Below, in pieces: positions 53,155 through 64,000 of a stretch of DNA of 64,000 nucleotides. The stretch spans positions 28,830,001 to 28,894,000 of the forward strand of contig NC_043018.1 of the NCBI RefSeq assembly GCF_006345805.1, given 5' to 3'. Every line of letters starts with the position of its first letter. The first letter of the stretch is position 1. The translations under genes were made by a program, and so were the position numbers. This stretch comes from Octopus sinensis (lineage: Eukaryota). Below the pieces are notes generated by a model. That model was not told the origin of the DNA. It saw only the letters and a program-made list of their open reading frames with translations, and did no database searches.

Positions 53155-53830
53155 CTTTTTTCTATTCCTGAGCGCTATACTAATACATCTGTTTGTTTGT
53201 ACACCACCTGCCTTCGTCTTTTGTTTATTTTCGTAAACTTTCCCTTTATATATATATATATATATATATCAGATATATGCACACACACACACACATATAT
53301 ATATATCAGATATATGCACACACACATACACACACACACACACACACTCACACAAACACACCTGTATATAAACATATATGTGCGGGTATATGTGTGTATG
53401 CATATTATCGGCGAAAGAATATATAAACTTTTGAGAGAGCGTGAAATAGTTTTGTTTTCGAAACATTAAATCTCAACGCAACATAAGTATTCACGCCTGT
53501 AGCATATCACGAATTGAAGTCATCACGAACTAAGATGCCTAACATTAAAGAAATCCACTAGTGAGAACTGGCTGTAAAATAAAAATTACATTGAATGATC
53601 CGTACTTGATGAAGGAGACACAGACGTAGAATAATCTGCTTCAAATCACCAGACAGCATGAATGCAATAAATTATTAAATTTTTGAAAAATTAGATTTTC
53701 AGAAAATTTAATTGTTTTCCATATTTACAGTTGAAAAAGTCTCAATGACCGAAACCGGTACTGAAATGCTTTCTTTATAAAATTATTTTAGCATTTTCTA
53801 CCTTGACTTTTTCCATATATATATATATAT

Positions 53831-54234
53831 GGCGCAGGAGTGGCTGTGTGGTAAGTAGCTTGCTTACCAACCACACGATTCCGGGTTCAGTCCCACTGCG
53901 TGGCACCTTGGGCAAGTGTCTTCTACTATAGCCTCGGGCCGACCAAAGCCTTGTGAGTGGATTTGGTAAACGGAAACTGAAAGAAGCCCGCCGTATATAT
54001 TTATATATATATGTGTATTTTGTGTGTATGTTTGTGTGTCTGTGTTTGTCCGACCAACATCGCTTGACAACCGGTGCTGGTGTGTTTACGTCCCCGTGAC
54101 TTGGCGGTTCGGTACAAGTGACCGATAGAATAAGTACTAGACTTACAAAGAATAAGTCCTGGGGTCGATTTGATCGACTAAAGGCGGTGCTCCAGCATGG
54201 CCACAGTCAAATGACTGAAACAAGTAAAAGAGTA
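53831..54234 (+). mobile_element. SINE beta, full-length
   Basis: Near-identical to 51731-52155. Confidence 0.9.
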
Positions 54235-54273
<39 letters not shown>

Positions 54274-54384
54274 CATATGTTCCTTTTCAATCTTCACAAA
54301 CACACACACATACACACACACATATAGTTGGCTATACGACACACTGTGTCCTTATATTTTCGTACGAGGATTTCAGCAGCTCCA

Positions 54385-54600
54385 CCTAGCGCAAAACAAT
54401 ATCTGTGGACTAGTTCCAGGGTTATTGCGCTTCAGCAAAACAGTATTTCTACTTATAGATCAGTCGCTGTGTGTCACTTTGAATTCTATATATTCGAACC
54501 ATGAATTCAGCAGCGCCACCTGGCCAAGCAGCTATTCTGTACTGATAAAGGGTAATAATCCTGGAACTAGTCCACAGATTTTTTTTTTTTTTGTGCTAGG
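54385..54600. mobile_element. MITE-like element with long TIRs
   Basis: Perfect 20-bp IR ATCTGTGGACTAGTTCCAGG at 54401-54420 and 54560-54579, extended by CCTAGC.CAAAA/TTTTG.GCTAGG. Confidence 0.75.
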
Positions 54601-54854
54601 TAGGGATGTTGAATTCCCTGTTCAAAAATATAAGGACACGGAAAGTGTGTCGTACAGCCAGCTATAAACGATGTTTCTTGAGTCTAATGAACAGTAACAA
54701 CGTCCCTTCCAGGACAGACATATTATGTGTAGCAATTAGCTTTTGCTTTAAAAGAATTGTTACTGAATGTTTCTGTCTGAGAGATTTAGAAATATAATAA
54801 TAATAATAATAATAATAATATTAATAATAATAATAATAATAATAATTTTTTAAA

Positions 54855-55036
54855 ATTTCTTTACTACCCACAAGGGGATAAACACAGAGGGGACAAACAA
54901 GGACAGACAAACTGATTAAATCGATTACATTGACCCCCAGTGCGTAACTGGTACTTAATTTATCGACCCCGAAAGAATGAAAGGCAAAGTCGACCTCGGC
55001 GGAATTTGAACCCAGAACGTAACGGCAGACGAAATA
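54855..55036 (-). mobile_element. SINE alpha consisting of one module only, Tx1-like tail
   Basis: On the minus strand it starts at TATTTCGTCTGCCG and ends GGGTAGTAAAGAAAT. Confidence 0.85.
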
Positions 55037-56326
55037 TGTGTGTGTGTGTGTGTTTCAAATTACGTAATACTATTTTAAATAAGGGTGGGATATATTGGAT
55101 AATTTAGTCTTCCATATCCCTAATAAAAACCGGAATTGTTACGGTTTGATTGCCTTTGATTACAGGTCTTCTTGATCGGGACAAATTTGGGGCTCAACTA
55201 CGACTGCACGACCCCACCACAGTCACCACCACCACCATCACCACCACTACCACCTCCACCACCACCACCACCATCACCACCACCACTACTAATACCACTG
55301 CTACTAGAGTACGTGCAGCAAAATGAGTAAATACAAAGCTACTTCAAATTTTCTTTTGTGCATCTTTGTTCTATAGTCATCTCACTCATTAAAACCGGGC
55401 TGGATGTTTAAGAAAAGAAGCTAAATGAAATCTGTGACATTCCCGCATCTTACAAGAGCGCGTGAATTGTTATTAGTGTAAATAGAAACGAAACCGCTTC
55501 AAGTAGAGACTGAAAGCTCAACGCCTTCACAAAACTTTCGTCGTCGACTTGAAAGCACTTCGTCGGTTTGAAAAGGAATTTATCAGAATTGAAATCTCGT
55601 CAAAATGTTGAAGAAGATCTTTCATTGTTACGAAAGAAACATTACAGACTGGAAAACTCATTACAGTCTCGAAACTGTATTACAGTCACAAAACCAGATT
55701 ACAATAACGAAACCGTATCACAGTCGCTTGTTCTGCTCCATTCTCTACATTTTTCTTTATGAATATCACCATGTAGATATTTGATTAAAGTGGAGTTGAT
55801 ATCACATTTTTCATATCTTGCTTCTTTCATTTTTATATCATTTCGTTCATTGAGCCAGTCTGTCTGTAACCTCTCTTTCAGTTGGTGAAGTTTTGTAATC
55901 ATATCGCAGGAGAGGATTTTAATGTACTCCGTTATAAATCGTCAGAATTGAGCTATTATTAATTTATATCTTCTTTTGATAACCAAGATAATCACAGACG
56001 CATTTATTATCTTATTTAGTGACTTAAATAATTGTATTTGGTTCCGATTCGTTTTCAGACATCGAGAAGTAGCTATACATTATTCAATCGATTTGCTTCA
56101 TGCGAATTATCGAAAATAAACAAAAGGAATGAAAATCAGGGGAAGCTTTGTGTGTTGATGTGTTTGTTCTACTCAGTGAGTATCAATAGTAACAACAACA
56201 ATAACAACAACAATTTATATTATTATATTTATTATATATAAATATCATAGATAAAGAAGGGAAAGTAACAGCCATTGTTAGGTGTGTATATTTATATAAT
56301 GGAAGAGCGATAATAATAATAATAAC

Positions 56327-56368
<42 letters not shown>

Positions 56369-56710
56369 AATAATGATGATGATGATGATGATAATAATAA
56401 TAGTAATAATAATAATAGTAATAATAATAATAATAATAATTGTAATGATAATAATAACAATAAATGTCTCAAACGAGTAAACAATAATATTACTTTTACA
56501 ACAAAACACCCCAAATACTACTTATAGTAAAATAATGATAATATTGATGAAAATAGCGGTGATGATGATGATGATGAAGATGATGAAGATAATGATAATA
56601 ATAAAACATAACGATGATGGTGATGTCTGCTGATATGTGAGGTCTTAAAGAACAGGGAAAATAGGAAAATGCTAAGACTCACCCCCCACCAAATAATAAT
56701 AATAATAAAA

Positions 56711-56880
56711 TGCGAATTCTGTGGAGGGTTCCTGCAAAAATGTAATTCCAGTAGCTCTAGGTATCCTAGGTGCCGTTACCAATAGATTTGCAAGTTTCCT
56801 TTTTAGAATCAGAGTAACTACAAGAGCAAGGATTGTTCGAAATGTCCTCGATACTTAAGGAAACTAGGTGTGATCCGATA
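56711..56880 (+). pseudogene. Possible R4/Dong-type (REL) LINE 3' remnant next to (TAA)n
   Basis: VIPVALGILGAVTNRF...RARIVRNVLDT* resembles the R4/Dong C-terminus (recalled); directly follows TAA repeats. Confidence 0.5.
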
Positions 56881-57143
56881 TCAAGTAAGTTGGTTCCAGA
56901 AGTAACGCATTTTTACATTTTGTTAAGTAGAATTTCTTGCTAATTTTGGCGCAACTTCTGAAATGATGAAGAGCGGTAAGGTTAATTGATTATATCGACA
57001 TCGACGCCAGAACAAGACTGGAATTAAAGTTTACCGATTCCTTAGGGAAGAAAGACGGGCGTGAGAACAATTAAGGCAACGCTGTCCTTGTTTTTCGATG
57101 CTCTAACGATTCGGCTAGCTAAGCAGCAGCAACCACCACCACC

Positions 57144-57175
<32 letters not shown>

Positions 57176-57257
57176 CAACAGCAACAACAGCAACAACAAC
57201 AACAACAACAGCAGCAGCAGCAGCAGCAAAGCTAATTTAACATCAACACTAATTATA

Positions 57258-58258
57258 GTCTTTTCTACTCAAGGCGCAAGGCCTGAAATTTTTGGGGAGG
57301 GGACTGTTACTTAATCTATTGATCCCGAAAGATAGAAAGGCAAAGTTGACCTCGGCTGAATTTGAACTCAGAGCGTAGCGATGGGCGAAACACCGCTAAG
57401 CATTTCGTCCAGCGCGCTAACGATTCTGGCAGAACACCGCTTTATCAATACTAATAATAATGGTTTCAAATTTGGCCACAAGGACAGCTATTTTGGGGGA
57501 GGGGCCTAGTCGGTTACATCGAGCCCAGTGTTCCTCTGGTACTTAATTCATCGAACCCGAAAGGATAAAAGGCAAAGTCAACCTCGGCGGAATTTGAACT
57601 CAGAGCGAGAAGACGGACGAAGTACAGCTAAGCATTTAGTCCAGCGTGCTAACGATCCTGCCAGCACGCCGTACTATCAGCACGAATAATAATGCTAACT
57701 AATAACGAAAAACGTCGCCCTTCTCAAGCCTAGCCAGGCTCATGGGCCCGGTTTCCCGGTTTCTATGGCGTATGTGTTCCCCCCCCCCACTGGACGGGAC
57801 GCCAGTGCATCGCAGCGTTACTCAAGAAACAGGAAGAAAGAGTGAGAGAAAGTTGTGGCGAAAGAGTACAACAGAGGTCGCCCACCCCTGCCGGAGCCTC
57901 GTGGAACTTTTAGGTGTTTTTGCTCAAAAAACACCCACAACGCCCGGTCTGGGAATCGAAACCGCGATCCTCTGAACGCGAGTCCGCTGCCCTAACCACT
58001 GGGCCAATGCGCCTCCACAATGCTAATAATAACAACAGTAATAATGGTTTCAAATTACGGCACAGAGCCAGGAATTACAGGTGAGCGGGTCTAAGGATTA
58101 TATCGACCCCAGTATTCAACTGGTACTTATTTTACCGACTCCGAAAGAATGAAAGACAAAGTGGACCTCGGCAGAATATGAAATTAGAACGTAAAGCGGG
58201 TGAGATGCCGCTAAGCACTTTCCTCGGCGTGCTAAAGATTCTGCCAGCATACCGCCTT
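57258..58258 (-). mobile_element. SINE cluster: alpha (57258-57440, 57458-57670, 58040-58258) and gamma (57716-58020)
   Basis: Repeated reverse-complement alpha cores and one gamma copy. Confidence 0.75.
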
Positions 58259-58886
58259 GCAGTTGTAGCAGCAGTAGTAGCAGCAGCAGCAGCAGCAAGA
58301 ACAACAGCAGCAGTAACAATGAAGACCAAATAAAACGTGGAAAGGGAGATAAACAGGGTATATGGAAATTTTGATTCAACATGGCACAGAAATGTGCAAT
58401 TTCCTTTCGTATTCTCACTACAAACAATTCTTAATTCGTAATGTTAGGGATGATCGTTCATATAGAAATAAGTGAGTGGTTTTGTACGTGTCACACACAC
58501 ACACACATACACACATATATATATATATATATATAATATGCATGTATGTAAATATTTGCTTTTGTGTGTATGTAGTTATATGCATATTTAATTGTGTGTA
58601 GGCGTATATATGTATTACTATGTACATGCAAATATATATGAGCATGCATATACATATATAAGTATGCGTATGTGTACACAAGGAGCGGAACTGAAGGAGT
58701 CAGTATACACACACACACACAAACGCATATGTATGTATATATATATATATATATGTATGTATATAGATATTTATGCATATATATATATATATACACAGAT
58801 ATATGTATATACACATATATATATATAGATGTATATATATATATATAGATATAGATATGTATATAGATATGTATACACATATACAC

Positions 58887-58959
<73 letters not shown>

Positions 58960-59629
58960 GATAGATGTATATATATATATATAAATATATATATATGTTT
59001 ACATACGTGTATAGATAGATATAGACGGAGATCTATATTGACGTGTGTAAGCGTGTGCGTAAAATAATTGTATACGCCGTGCCAAAGGTTAGGTTTATTA
59101 CTTCACATAATTAAATTTACCACTTGGAGTGCACAAGTTTATTGAAATATCCTTTCAGCAGTTAGCACCCTACGAAAGTTTGGCGCAACAAAAACATTTC
59201 ATGGTTCCTTGGTTATATTAGAACATCTTTTCAACAACTAGTGCCACCACCACCACCACCACCACCACCACTACCACCACCACCACTACCACCAGCACCA
59301 CCATCGCTAACATCGATACAACCAAGAATTCTATCACGCTCCCACATGATCTCAACAACGCCGCCAATATTCCTGCTACCAGAGTATCTAGACTACCGAG
59401 CTCAACATCATTATCGCCGAGAAATTGTAAGCCACCACCATTACAACCACCGTCAGCAGCACCAACAGCACCTCCACCGCCACAGTATATCACTTCCAGC
59501 AGCACTACCACGACATTTGTACCATTACCACTACGACTACCACGGTCACTGGAATTGAGCCCCTACTGTTGCCACCAAAAACCTCTGAACCATTAATATA
59601 CCTTTTAATACTATACACATCTACAGATA

Positions 59630-59685
59630 AGATAATAATAATAACAACAACAGCAATAATAATAATAATAACAATAATAATAATA

Positions 59686-59716
<31 letters not shown>

Positions 59717-59720
59717 TAAC

Positions 59721-59807
<87 letters not shown>

Positions 59808-59833
59808 TAATAATAATAATAATGATAATAATA

Positions 59834-59891
<58 letters not shown>

Positions 59892-59900
59892 TAATAACAA
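59630..59900. repeat. (TAA)n microsatellite
   Basis: Directly visible. Confidence 0.95.
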
Positions 59901-60975
59901 TAAAAATAATAACAGCATTATCTGGTATTTTGCAACATGAGCAAAGTCCACTTTTTCACAAGTTTTCGGAACAGATTTCAAGTCCCAGAATATGTAGCAC
60001 TCTTCCTCCCACAGGTCTAAAAACTCTGTGAAAAGTTCCTGAGAAATTCTATTTCTCTTCTCATGAACATAGTAAATATTGACTTTATATTGTTGGTTTT
60101 GCCCTGCACACTAACGATTCTGCCTTTTATAAAAATGGTTTCAAATTTTGGAACAAGGCCAGCAGTTTCTGAGGGAGGGAAATGTCGTAAACATCGACCA
60201 GAATACTCAACTGGTTCTTATTTAGACAACGAAATGGAAAAAGGCAAAGTCAACCTCGGCGAAATTTGAACTCAGAACGTAAAGATGGACGAAATGCTGC
60301 TCAGCATTCTGCCAGCCCACCATTTTTATAACATTCGTATTTCTTCAATCTCTTTCCATTTTGAGTTTAAATCCCACTGATTTTGCCCTTCATTCTCCAG
60401 AGGTCAATGATATACAAAATTATCATGTCAGCCCTAATAGAGCAGATCTGTAATAATCAAAGGTGTCGCAGCAGTGACTATATTGTATTTTTACATTGTC
60501 CGATATGTCAGTATTTTCTGCTACGTACGGTAAGAAGTGAGAGAAATTGATTACTATATCAAACGGGTTAAACAACCCCCATTAAATATGGCAGCCAATC
60601 AGGTTTTTTTAATAACATTTCATGTTTCGATTCATAATTAAACATCCCTTTAATTGAAGTGTAACGTTATTTCATATTATGTATCCTTTATAATTACCTC
60701 CTTTCCAGTTTCATTCAAAACGAGTCATCCATTTAATTACTCTATCATGTTATTTACATCTTCATGTTCATATAAAACGTATTTTAAAATATTTACACCA
60801 GACCTTCATGAGGATTTTTTGAAAAATTTTGCTTTGATTTGTGCTGTAAATAATTTTTGTTAATTAACTCTCGCCTTCATTTTAATAATTTTACACAAAT
60901 ATTTCACAAATATTTAATATTTTCGCGAAATATTTCAAAGTTAATTACGTTCTGACATCAAATAAAGATATCATG

Positions 60976-61030
<55 letters not shown>

Positions 61031-61035
61031 CGCTG

Positions 61036-61500
61036 AGGATGGTGGCAAGCCGTCAAAATTGTTAGCATGCCGGGCGACATGCTTAGCGGCATTTTGTCCG
61101 TCTTTAGTTATGCGTTCAAATTCCGCAGTGGTCGACTTTGCCTTTCATCTTTTTTCGATCGATAAATTAAGTACCAGTGGAAAACTGGGGTCGATGCAAT
61201 CGATTTGTCCCCTACCCCAAATTTCAGGCCTTGTGCCTATAATAGAAAGGATTATTTTTTCTTTCCACAGAGGAAGGTGGCAAGCTGGAAGTATTGTCAG
61301 CACGCTAGGCGAAATGTTTAGCAGTATTTCTGCCCGTCGCTACGTTCTGAGTTCAAATTCCACCGAGGTTAACTTTGCCTTTCATCCTTTCGGGGTCGAT
61401 AAAATAAGTACCAGTGAAACCGAAACACCGAGGTCGATGTGATTGACTAGTCCCCTCTCTACAAATTTGAGGCCTTGTACCTCCAGTAGAAAGGATTTTT
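61036..61500 (+). mobile_element. Two complete SINE alpha copies in tandem with the GGCCTTGT...TAGAAAGGATT tail
   Basis: Heads near 61036 and 61273; tail differs from the Tx1-like tail. Confidence 0.75.
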
Positions 61501-61624
61501 ATTATTATTGAGTGAGAGAGCAGTGCATGCCATCAAAGTGACACTGGTGGTGGTGGAGAACCAAGTGACGGATACATCCTAGCACCTTCCTTATCGACAG
61601 AGTTCACCGTTAGTTCTGAATGAC

Positions 61625-62050
61625 CTCTCTCTTGACTCTTTTACTCTTTTACTTGTTTCAGTCAATTGACTGCGGCCATGCTGGAGCACCGCCTTTAGTC
61701 GAGCAAATCGACCCCGGGACTTATTCTGTGTAAGTCTAGTACTTATTATATCGGTCTCATTTGCCGAACCGTTAAGTTACGGGGACGTAAACACACCAGC
61801 AACCGTTGTTAAGCGATGTCGGGAGTACAAACACAGACACACAAACAAACACACACATACACACACACACAAACACACACACACACGCGCACACATATAC
61901 GACGGGCTTCTTTGAGTTTCCGTCTACCAAATCCACTCGCAAGGCTTTGGTCGGCCCGAAGCTATAGTAGAAGACACTTGCCCAAGTTGTCACGCAGTGG
62001 GACTGAACCAGGAACCATGTGGTTGGTAAGCAAGCTACTTACTACACATC
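61625..62050 (-). mobile_element. SINE beta, full-length
   Basis: Reverse complement of the 51731 copy. Confidence 0.88.
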
Positions 62051-62902
62051 CACTCACCCAAGCTATCGAGCAATGAAGCTAAGTTTTATTTCCTAAAGGG
62101 TGACCAAACAAATTGTTTGTTCTGTGGTTTTATCTCTCTTTGAGAACACTGGAATCATGTCAATATCTCCGTATTCCTTCACTGCACAATCTCTATTTCA
62201 TTCTTCATCGTTCACAAAAACATTACCATATCTATCTTTCTTCCCACATCTTCCAAGACTCAAATCTCTCTATAGAATTAATAATGTAGTGTCTCCTCGG
62301 AAAACAAACAAAATTTTGGATTATATTGAATACAAGTAAGAATGGTATTCATTTATTTGTGAATTTGGTCTGAATTCTGGAGTTGAAGTAACATTGTCAT
62401 CTAATCGTTCTTTTATAGCTCACGTACATAGCAGAACATGTAGTTGTGTCACATAGCTGTATATCTACAGTGTAATCGTTGTTGACTTAGGCTGGCGCCA
62501 AAACACGTAGCACAACCAGATAAGGAAACAGTTGTTGCTGTCGTCTTCTTCTTCTTCTTCTTCTTCTTCTTCTTCTTCTTCTTCTTCTTCTTCTTCTTCT
62601 TCTTCTTCTTCCAATCAGGACTCAGGCCATTAGCCACAAAGAATAATCTCTAATTAGAGCCAACTCTAAGCTACTAAGAATGCGTGTGGCAACTTGAAGA
62701 TCCACTCACCTCACGCGATAAAATGGCGGTTGCCCGGGCGCGAAAGCTACGTTGTTACCCTCATTCCGTAGACGGAGGCTTTTTTAACGGGTGGAGAGCT
62801 GAACCATCCTGGTGTACAGAGGATTCGCAATCTAGACTAGGGTTTGAAACTTTACCACACCACAGTGGATTACACTATGGTACATCTGCTTCATGGCAGA
62901 AG

Positions 62903-63092
62903 TAGGACGAAAGAGTGAGAGAAAGTTGTGGTGAAAGAGTACAGCGGGGTTCACCACCATTCCCCGCCGGGGCCTCGTGGCGCTTAGGTGTTTTTGCTCA
63001 ATAAACACTCACAATACCCGGACCGGGAATCGAAACCGCGTTCTAACAACTGCGAGTCCGCTGCCTTAACCACTGGATCATTGCGCCTCCAC
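62903..63092 (-). mobile_element. SINE gamma, 5' part
   Basis: Head matches the 57716-58020 copy. Confidence 0.7.
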
Positions 63093-63849
63093 CGTTGTTG
63101 TTGCTGTTGTTTAGCTTCAATTCTGCTCTGATCCATCTAGTTTTTCAGTCATATTGTTATATTACTAAATGCGCCCCTACCCTTCTCAAAAGCATTATAG
63201 TGCAATTTGAAAGATGTGCCTGCTATTTCTAGCAGTCTGAGTGACCACTTACTGAGAGATTTCCTCAAAGGTTCATTATGATGCTTTAGATGTCGTTGGT
63301 GTTTTGTCCCGCTCAAACCCGATTCAGTAGATCTTAGATGAAAGACGTTTCAGTCATTCCTACTGTCAAGCGTTAACATGGCGTGTAATTTGTGGGAAAC
63401 CGTACCGTTTTTATAATAATAATTATTTTTTATTATTGGGACCAGGCTTGAAATTTTGTGGGACGCAGACAGTCGATTACACGAGCCACAATGCTCAACA
63501 AGTGTTTATTTTATCGAATACGGAGAGAGGGACGAAAAGTAAAGTCGACTTCGGCGGAATAATCATCCTTTCTACTAAGGAGTCAATGTCTAAGATCTTA
63601 TACGTAATTGGGTCAGCTGATTACAACATCGACTCCAGTACGTGACTGGTACTTATTTTATCGACCCCCCCAAAAACGATGAACCCCAAAGTAAACTAAC
63701 TACGTAGAGACTCTCTCATTGTTACGTCAAATATTTTACTGTTCAATCCCAATTTAGTTCTGATCAAGGAGGCATCTGATCAAGATGTCTCTCAGGAAAT
63801 AATGGATCACAGATTATAGCATCTAAGACAAACTTTGTTTACCTTTACA

Positions 63850-64000
63850 TAGCTTGCTTACCAACCACATGGTCCCGGGTTCAGTCCCACTGCGTGACAC
63901 CTTGGGCAAGGGTCTTTTACTATAGCCACGGACCGACCAATGCCTTGTGAGTGGATTTGGTAGACGGAAACTCAAAGAAGCCCGTCGTATATATGTATGT
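63850..64000 (+). mobile_element. SINE beta, cut by the window end
   Basis: AGCTTGCTTACCAACCACATGG...GAAGCCCGTCG. Confidence 0.8.

Noticed and set aside
55568-55762. Possible Penelope RT N-terminal remnant (ITVTKPDYNNETV)
   Set aside because: Only one weak motif and no downstream RT motifs were seen.
59940-60050. Possible second R4/Dong remnant on the minus strand beside (TAA)n
   Set aside because: Similarity too short and degenerate to support.

Overview
Eukaryotic, repeat-saturated, apparently gene-free DNA. The SINE families and microsatellite density look like an octopus/cephalopod genome (inference from recognition, not checked). No host protein-coding gene could be supported. Two related L1-clade (Tx1-like) non-LTR retrotransposon families dominate. 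(1) 1.25-23.2 kb is a head-to-tail array of six copies of one family (two full-length, about 6 kb, with CCHC ORF1 and APE-RT-zinc-finger ORF2; four 5'-truncated). Every copy is embedded in (TATC)n and none has a poly(A) tail, indicating a (TATC/GATA)n-targeted LINE. (2) 37795-43139 is a full-length sister element inserted inside a tRNA-derived SINE with a perfect 16-bp TSD. The same SINE family shares its last 35 nt with both LINE families (29-30/35, ungapped), carries 184-bp tandem modules starting at exactly the LINE insertion site, and has TSDs beginning with GGTA. This suggests a Tx1-SINE partnership in which the SINE is both passenger and target. Also present: RTE, R4/Dong-like and Penelope-like remnants, Penelope-type minimal hammerhead motifs, two fold-back MITEs, a young 491-bp tandem array, and many SINEs and microsatellites. 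Many frameshifts in the first array are copy-private 1-bp indels and may be sequencing error.
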